Below are positions 59,323-64,000 of a stretch of DNA of 64,000 nucleotides, in pieces. The stretch is taken from the NCBI GenBank assembly GCA_045803545.1, contig JBJMOW010000005.1, positions 288,001 to 352,000 of the forward strand, read 5' to 3'. Each line of letters opens with the position of its first letter. Positions within the stretch are counted from its first letter, which is position 1. The notes beneath the pieces were generated by a model, which did not search any database, had not been told where the DNA came from, and saw only the letters and a program-made list of their open reading frames with translations. This DNA comes from Gemmatimonadaceae bacterium (GTDB taxonomy: Bacteria > Gemmatimonadota > Gemmatimonadetes > Gemmatimonadales > Gemmatimonadaceae). The position numbers and the translations under genes were made by a program.

Positions 59323-60042
59323 CTAGCGCGCTCCGAGCAGCTGGTGCGCGACGTAATACAACGCGCAGCCAACGAAGAAGCTGATCGGCAATCTCCACTC
59401 TCGCTTCCCCTGGATTTCCGGAACGAGATTGGACATTCCGACGTAGAGCGACACACCCGCCGCCAGCGGCAGACCGTACTGCCCGAGCACTGGAACAGTC
59501 TGAGTCAGCACCGCGCCGAGCAGAGTCGAGATCGCCAGTGCAGCGCTGGCGCCGAACGCAGCGCTCCTGCTCTCCCCCGACGCTAGAAAGAGGCTGGAGA
59601 TCGCGAGTCCTTCGGGAAGCTTGTGAAGAAGAATCGCAAAGAAAACCAGCAGGCCGAGCGCGGTACTGATCCCGAATCCGCTGGCGATGGCGACGCCGTC
59701 GACGAAGGTGTGCAATATCAATCCGGCGAGCGCCGAGAAGCTCACCACCTTGGTCACGTGATGATGCTCTTCGCCAAAATGGAAATGCGGCGCGAGCGTG
59801 TGCTGGGTGAGATGGACGAGCAGATACCCAAGCAGCATGATCAATGCAGCTGATTCACCGTGCACTCTGATCGAGTCGGGAACGAGGTCGAGTAGCGCCA
59901 CCGACACCATGAAGCCCGCCGAGAGCGCGACCATGTTCTCCAGCGCGCGCACGCTCCAGCGGTTGTGCGCAACGACGGCCGCAGCGCCAAGGAGGTTCGC
60001 CCCTGCCGCAATACTGGTATACAACAGCGCTGTACCGTTCAC
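59323..60042 (-). CDS. ZIP family metal transporter
   Basis: SAGFM, His-rich loop HFHFGEEHHH, HTFVDG, LHKLPEG. Confidence 0.9.
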   Translation of the reverse strand: MNGTALLYTSIAAGANLLGAAAVVAHNRWSVRALENMVALSAGFMVSVALLDLVPDSIRVHGESAALIMLLGYLLVHLTQHTLAPHFHFGEEHHHVTKVVSFSALAGLILHTFVDGVAIASGFGISTALGLLVFFAILLHKLPEGLAISSLFLASGESRSAAFGASAALAISTLLGAVLTQTVPVLGQYGLPLAAGVSLYVGMSNLVPEIQGKREWRLPISFFVGCALYYVAHQLLGAR

Positions 60043-60114
60043 GGGGATTGCCTTGTCATTGCTCGCGCTGTAATGATGAAGCTGTCCAGATCAGGAGCGT
60101 GAAATTTGACGGAC

Positions 60115-60489
60115 GTGGGGCTCTTTCGCATCAGCGTGGGCGTCGAAAACGCTCGGCGCCAGACCGATGTTATCCTCGTCCCTGACACGTTGGTTGACAC
60201 CGGCAGCGAAGCGACCTGGATCCCGCGGGTGGTTCTCGAGTCGTTGGAAATTGCTGTTGAGAAAAAGCGCACATTTATCTTTGCGGACGGGCGGCGAATC
60301 GAACGAGATATCGGCTATGCCATCGTTCACGCTGCTGGAACGAATACGATCGACGAAGTCGTTTTCGGCGAGGAAACTGATTTTCCGATCCTTGGCGCAC
60401 ATTCCCTGGAAGGCTTGAACCTTCGCGTGGACCCGGTCCAGAAAATTCTCGTCGACGCCGGGCCAATCCTTGCCGTCGCTGCCGCCTAA
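60115..60489 (+). CDS. Retropepsin-like (clan AA) aspartyl protease
   Basis: LVDTGS catalytic motif and ILGAHSLE; GTG start at MGLF chosen. Confidence 0.8.
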   Translation: MGLFRISVGVENARRQTDVILVPDTLVDTGSEATWIPRVVLESLEIAVEKKRTFIFADGRRIERDIGYAIVHAAGTNTIDEVVFGEETDFPILGAHSLEGLNLRVDPVQKILVDAGPILAVAAA

Positions 60490-61016
60490 GCCGACTTAAC
60501 CCCGAGTCTGTCCGCCGCCGCAGCGACAGCGTCGCTCAATGCCGGCGCCGGCGCGCGCTCCCATGATTGCACGCCCCACAATCTCTCCTCGAGCGATGCG
60601 CGCTCCTCGAGGTTCATGCTGTTGAGGAGATACATCCAGCGATCGGAGCGTGAAAAAATAAAAAGCTCGAGCTGCGGGCTGAGGGTGATCTGGTCTTCCG
60701 AGGTGAACAGAGTGATCTCGACGCCGCCATAAGTCGCGAGCGGCATCTTCAATCTCGCGACGGCGTCGCGCACATCGGGCAGCGCCAACATCTGACCGGT
60801 CCACTCGGTGCGAGTACGCGCGTCATTGACATAGACATCGACCGCCGGCGCCATCAGCTCACTCAGGGTGTAGAACAAGTCCACCACGCGCTCCGAATTC
60901 GCCACCACCTTCGCCTCGTAGATGTCGCCGTCGCGAGTGAAGGTGAATCCGTCCTGACCGGAGCGGAATCTTTTCCAAATGGTGGAGTCGGGCGTCTTGG
61001 TTCTGAAGAGCGTCAT
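60486..61016 (-). CDS. Hypothetical protein
   Basis: 176-aa ORF, translationally coupled to cca (ATGA overlap); no motif recognised. Confidence 0.7.
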   Translation of the reverse strand: MTLFRTKTPDSTIWKRFRSGQDGFTFTRDGDIYEAKVVANSERVVDLFYTLSELMAPAVDVYVNDARTRTEWTGQMLALPDVRDAVARLKMPLATYGGVEITLFTSEDQITLSPQLELFIFSRSDRWMYLLNSMNLEERASLEERLWGVQSWERAPAPALSDAVAAAADRLGVKSA

Positions 61017-62419
61017 ACAAAGCCTTTGGCCATGGTCAACAGCTGGTCGTGCGTATTCTTGCGCGGATCATTGATCACCGCTTCCAGCAACTTACGTAGA
61101 ACATTCCCAACCGCGGGACCCTTGGCACCCAGCTTCTCCAGATCAGTGCCATCGATCGCCAGGTCGGCGATCGTGAGCGGATCCTTCCAGGCGATCTTGA
61201 TCGCCCGCTTGTAAACCTGACCGATCGTCTGCTTGTACGGCGCCGGCTCTCCCGCCTGACGCCCGGCCCACCAGAAAGCGTCGGCCAGCCGCAGCAATTG
61301 GGCAAGACGCGTGCGCCCGGCGCTGGCCGCCCACATCCTCAGTATGGGACTCGGCGGATACTGCTCGCCCCACGGATCGTTGGCGTAAATCTCCTCCGCC
61401 TTGAGTAAGGCGGCCGTCATGCCGGGCCCGAGCTGTTGCCAGCGCTCCACAAGATTGGTGATCCAGTCGACATCGGTATTGGAGAAACGCAGATCCTTGA
61501 GCGTCTTTCGCACCGTCGCTGCCGGCACCGTCGCAAAAAGTCCGGCGATTCGCGTCGACCTTCTTGCCGGCCGCCGAGGCAGCAAAGGACGACGTAGATG
61601 ATCGAGCGGCGCCAGCTCCTGGTTGGTCACGCCGGCGAGAGACGGAATCAGCGTCTGGAACGCGCCGGTGTCACGCCACATCGCGAACGCCTTGCTCGGG
61701 AATTTGACCTGATCCATCATCTTCTCGATCTCCTGCTTTACACGCTCGGCAGAAAGGTTTCCCAGCTCGGGTGCGCTCTCGACGATTGCGTCCCACGTAT
61801 CGCGCTCGATGTCGAACCCGAAGCGCGAAGCAAATCGAATCGCGCGCAATGCGCGAAGACGATCCTCCCGCATCCGCTCGCGCGGATCACCGACAGCGCG
61901 AATGAGCTTCCCCTCGATGTCCTTCTGGCCACCGAACGGATCGCGGATCTCGTCCTTGCTCGCTGAATACGCGATGGCGTTGATGGTGTAGTCGCGACGC
62001 GCGAGATCGTCGTCGAGCGACGCGCCAAACTCGACGACAGCGTGGCGCCCGTCCGTCTGCACATCGCGACGGAAGGTGGTGACTTCGTGCATGACGTTGT
62101 CATCGTCGAGCACGCCGATGGTTCCGAACTCGACGCCGACCGGAACCGTCCGCTTGAACAATTTGCGCACCTGCTCTGGCTTCGCCGCCGTCGCGAGATC
62201 CCAATCGAGATGCGGATGCCCGAGCAGCGCGTCGCGTACCGCCCCACCTACGCACCACGTCTCAAACCCCGCGTCCTCGAGCCGCTTCGCAATCGCGCGC
62301 ACGTTCGGCGGCGGATTCAGGTTCGGCGCTGAGGCTACGCTTTTCGCGTCGCGCCTCCCGCCTCCCCCCTCCCCCCGTTCGCTTCCCGCTTCCCGCTTCC
62401 CGCTTCCCACTTCCCCCAT
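61013..62419 (-). CDS. cca: CCA tRNA nucleotidyltransferase / poly(A) polymerase family
   Basis: VGGAVRD.LLG...DWDLAT, EVTTFRRD, DL.RRDYTINA, ED.LR.LRA.RFA, SAERV..E; ATG at 62419 follows GAGG. Confidence 0.9.
   Translation of the reverse strand: MGEVGSGKREAGSERGEGGGGRRDAKSVASAPNLNPPPNVRAIAKRLEDAGFETWCVGGAVRDALLGHPHLDWDLATAAKPEQVRKLFKRTVPVGVEFGTIGVLDDDNVMHEVTTFRRDVQTDGRHAVVEFGASLDDDLARRDYTINAIAYSASKDEIRDPFGGQKDIEGKLIRAVGDPRERMREDRLRALRAIRFASRFGFDIERDTWDAIVESAPELGNLSAERVKQEIEKMMDQVKFPSKAFAMWRDTGAFQTLIPSLAGVTNQELAPLDHLRRPLLPRRPARRSTRIAGLFATVPAATVRKTLKDLRFSNTDVDWITNLVERWQQLGPGMTAALLKAEEIYANDPWGEQYPPSPILRMWAASAGRTRLAQLLRLADAFWWAGRQAGEPAPYKQTIGQVYKRAIKIAWKDPLTIADLAIDGTDLEKLGAKGPAVGNVLRKLLEAVINDPRKNTHDQLLTMAKGFV
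62353..62415 (-). repeat. GGGAAGC heptamer array within the 5' end of cca
   Basis: GCTTCCC x4 (62381-62408) + ACTTCCC, and GCCTCCC x2 (62353-62366) on the plus strand. Confidence 0.88.
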
Positions 62420-62423
62420 CCCG

Positions 62424-63389
62424 CTATTCCTCGAACATAGTTCTGAGTTCCGCGTCGCCCATTCCGCAGCCGAGCGCCAGAATGAGATCGATGCGCGCCT
62501 GCTGCGCGCGACGCGATCCGCCAAAGATTGCTCCCATTTCCTCGAGGCGGCGGCCGCCACCGGGATAGCCGTAGGTATGTCCCACTCTTCCGCCCTGCGT
62601 GCGCGAGGTGATCACGACCGGCTTCCGATCCGAGACCCAACGCTGAATGCCCGGCACCATCGCCGGCGGAACATTCCCGCGCCCCATCGCCGCCAGGACG
62701 ACTCCCTTCGCCGATTCCCGCGCCGCGTCGAGCAAGCGCGTATCCGATCCGGCAGCGACGAAAATGATGTCGACCGGCGTCGCAAGGCCATTAGGATTTA
62801 GGGTGGGGGGCGAAGGTGGCATCTCCCTTCGCAAAATCAACTCGCCCTCATCCAGGACACCCAACGGCCCCAGACCGGGGCTTTCGAACGCATCGAGCAG
62901 GTGGGTGTTGGTCTTGGTGGTGTCGAGCGCGGCGAAGATCTGGCCACCGATCACCACCATCACCCCAAATCCTTTCGTCTCCGGACTCGCCGCCACCTGC
63001 ACCGCCTCGAACAAATTTGCCGGTCCATCCCAACCAAGATCGTTCACCGTGCGCATCGCACCAGTAAACACGATCGGCTTGTCGGTCGTCGTCGATCGCG
63101 CTACGAGATATGCCGACTCCTCGAGAGTATCGGTGCCGTGGGTGATCACCACACCTTCCACCTCCGGCCGCGCCAGATGCTCGACGATGCGGTTGCGCAG
63201 CGCCCACATCCGCTCTACGGTCATGTGCGGCCCGGGAAATTGTCCCCACTCTTCAGTCTCGATGCCTGTTATCGCGCGAATACCCTTCGTCGCCTGCAGA
63301 ATCTCCGCCGGCGTCAGACTCGGCTGCGCTCCAGCCTGCGGATCGCTGCGCATCGCGATGGTGCCACCTGTGAAAAGAATGACGATCAT
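62424..63389 (-). CDS. L-asparaginase (cytoplasmic; no signal peptide)
   Basis: TGGTIAM, HGTDTLEE, TGAMR, DGPANL, G.GNV. Confidence 0.93.
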   Translation of the reverse strand: MIVILFTGGTIAMRSDPQAGAQPSLTPAEILQATKGIRAITGIETEEWGQFPGPHMTVERMWALRNRIVEHLARPEVEGVVITHGTDTLEESAYLVARSTTTDKPIVFTGAMRTVNDLGWDGPANLFEAVQVAASPETKGFGVMVVIGGQIFAALDTTKTNTHLLDAFESPGLGPLGVLDEGELILRREMPPSPPTLNPNGLATPVDIIFVAAGSDTRLLDAARESAKGVVLAAMGRGNVPPAMVPGIQRWVSDRKPVVITSRTQGGRVGHTYGYPGGGRRLEEMGAIFGGSRRAQQARIDLILALGCGMGDAELRTMFEE

Positions 63390-63751
63390 CTCGTCGCGAT
63401 TCTCTTCATCGCTTTTTCCGGAAATTCGCTCAGAGATTTCGGATCCTGAGCGGCGAGTTGCATTGCGCGAGTCACCAGTGCATCGACGGCAAGAAGATCG
63501 AGCGCCGACTCCCGCGATTCACAAGCGCCGTCGAGCACCTTATCCAGCAGTTTCTCCGCCGCCCGCAACGTCTCGTTGACGTCGGTTAGCGTCGCGTCAA
63601 GATCACCGATGGCCTGACGCATTGCTTGCGCGAGAGCCTCGGGCGTCGCCATCGCCTGGTCGGCCATGACTTGAGCGAAAGGCTTCGTCCGGCCTCTCGC
63701 TTCCCGCTTCCCGCCTCCCGCTTCCCGCCTGCCCCTTCCCGCTTCCCTCAT
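63386..63751 (-). CDS. Hypothetical helical protein (start 63751, or later at MADQ)
   Basis: ORF coupled to both neighbours by ATGA overlaps; the N-terminus is encoded by the heptamer array. Confidence 0.6.
   Translation of the reverse strand: MREAGRGRREAGGGKREARGRTKPFAQVMADQAMATPEALAQAMRQAIGDLDATLTDVNETLRAAEKLLDKVLDGACESRESALDLLAVDALVTRAMQLAAQDPKSLSEFPEKAMKRIATR
63692..63747 (-). repeat. GGGA(A/G)GC heptamer array, 8 partly degenerate units
   Basis: Plus strand GCCTCTC GCTTCCC GCTTCCC GCCTCCC GCTTCCC GCCTGCC CCTTCCC GCTTCCC. Confidence 0.88.
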
Positions 63752-64000
63752 CCCGCGAGGTGCTTCCTGATTCGCTCCGGAGCTTCCGCCACTACGCTCG
63801 CCATCCGCTCGGCGTCGGGAATTCCAGCCTGCGCCATGTGAGGTTTGCCACCGCCCTTGCCACCTGCCGCGGCCGCGAGCTCGCGCAGAATCGTGTCAGC
63901 CCGCACCCCACGATCGCGCAGGTCGTCGCTGACCACCGCGAGCATTGTGTTCTTGCCGTTCTCAAATGACGCCGCCAGAACCGCGATACCCGATTGGATT
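63748..64000 (-). CDS. alaS: Alanine--tRNA ligase, C-terminal DHHA1 domain (partial, enters from window edge)
   Basis: AVVSDDL..RGVRA..IL.E.A...GGKGGGKPHMAQAG C-terminal signature. Confidence 0.88.
   Translation of the reverse strand, partial: IQSGIAVLAASFENGKNTMLAVVSDDLRDRGVRADTILRELAAAAGGKGGGKPHMAQAGIPDAERMASVVAEAPERIRKHLAG

Overview
Bacterial chromosomal window with high GC. The gene order at the right end (alaS-hyp-asparaginase-cca-hyp-ZIP and rarA-LEA-ugd-hflX) suggests Gemmatimonadota, which is an inference. Positions ~1-52 kb are one large, mosaic surface-polysaccharide region that appears to contain two Wzx/Wzy systems. The first uses a long SLBB exporter and a Wzz-type co-polymerase, with three AsnB-type amidotransferases, a DegT aminotransferase and methyltransferases. 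The second is colanic-acid-like (Wza, Wzc, PHP phosphatase, Gmd, Fcl, WcaI/WcaF/WcaJ-like). The region carries many tailoring enzymes: an aryl-sulfotransferase lipoprotein, a kinase-methyltransferase fusion, an FN3-esterase, a beta-helix protein and an acyltransferase-3. The most novel-looking element is a two-gene cassette (putative outer-membrane beta-barrel plus secreted His/Asp-rich helical partner) present in two paralogous copies flanking the priming glycosyltransferase. Positions ~52-64 kb are housekeeping genes with notable non-coding structure: a ~186-nt rod-like inverted repeat upstream of ugd and G-rich GGGAAGC arrays directly after stop codons. No rRNA, tRNA, CRISPR array or transposase was seen.
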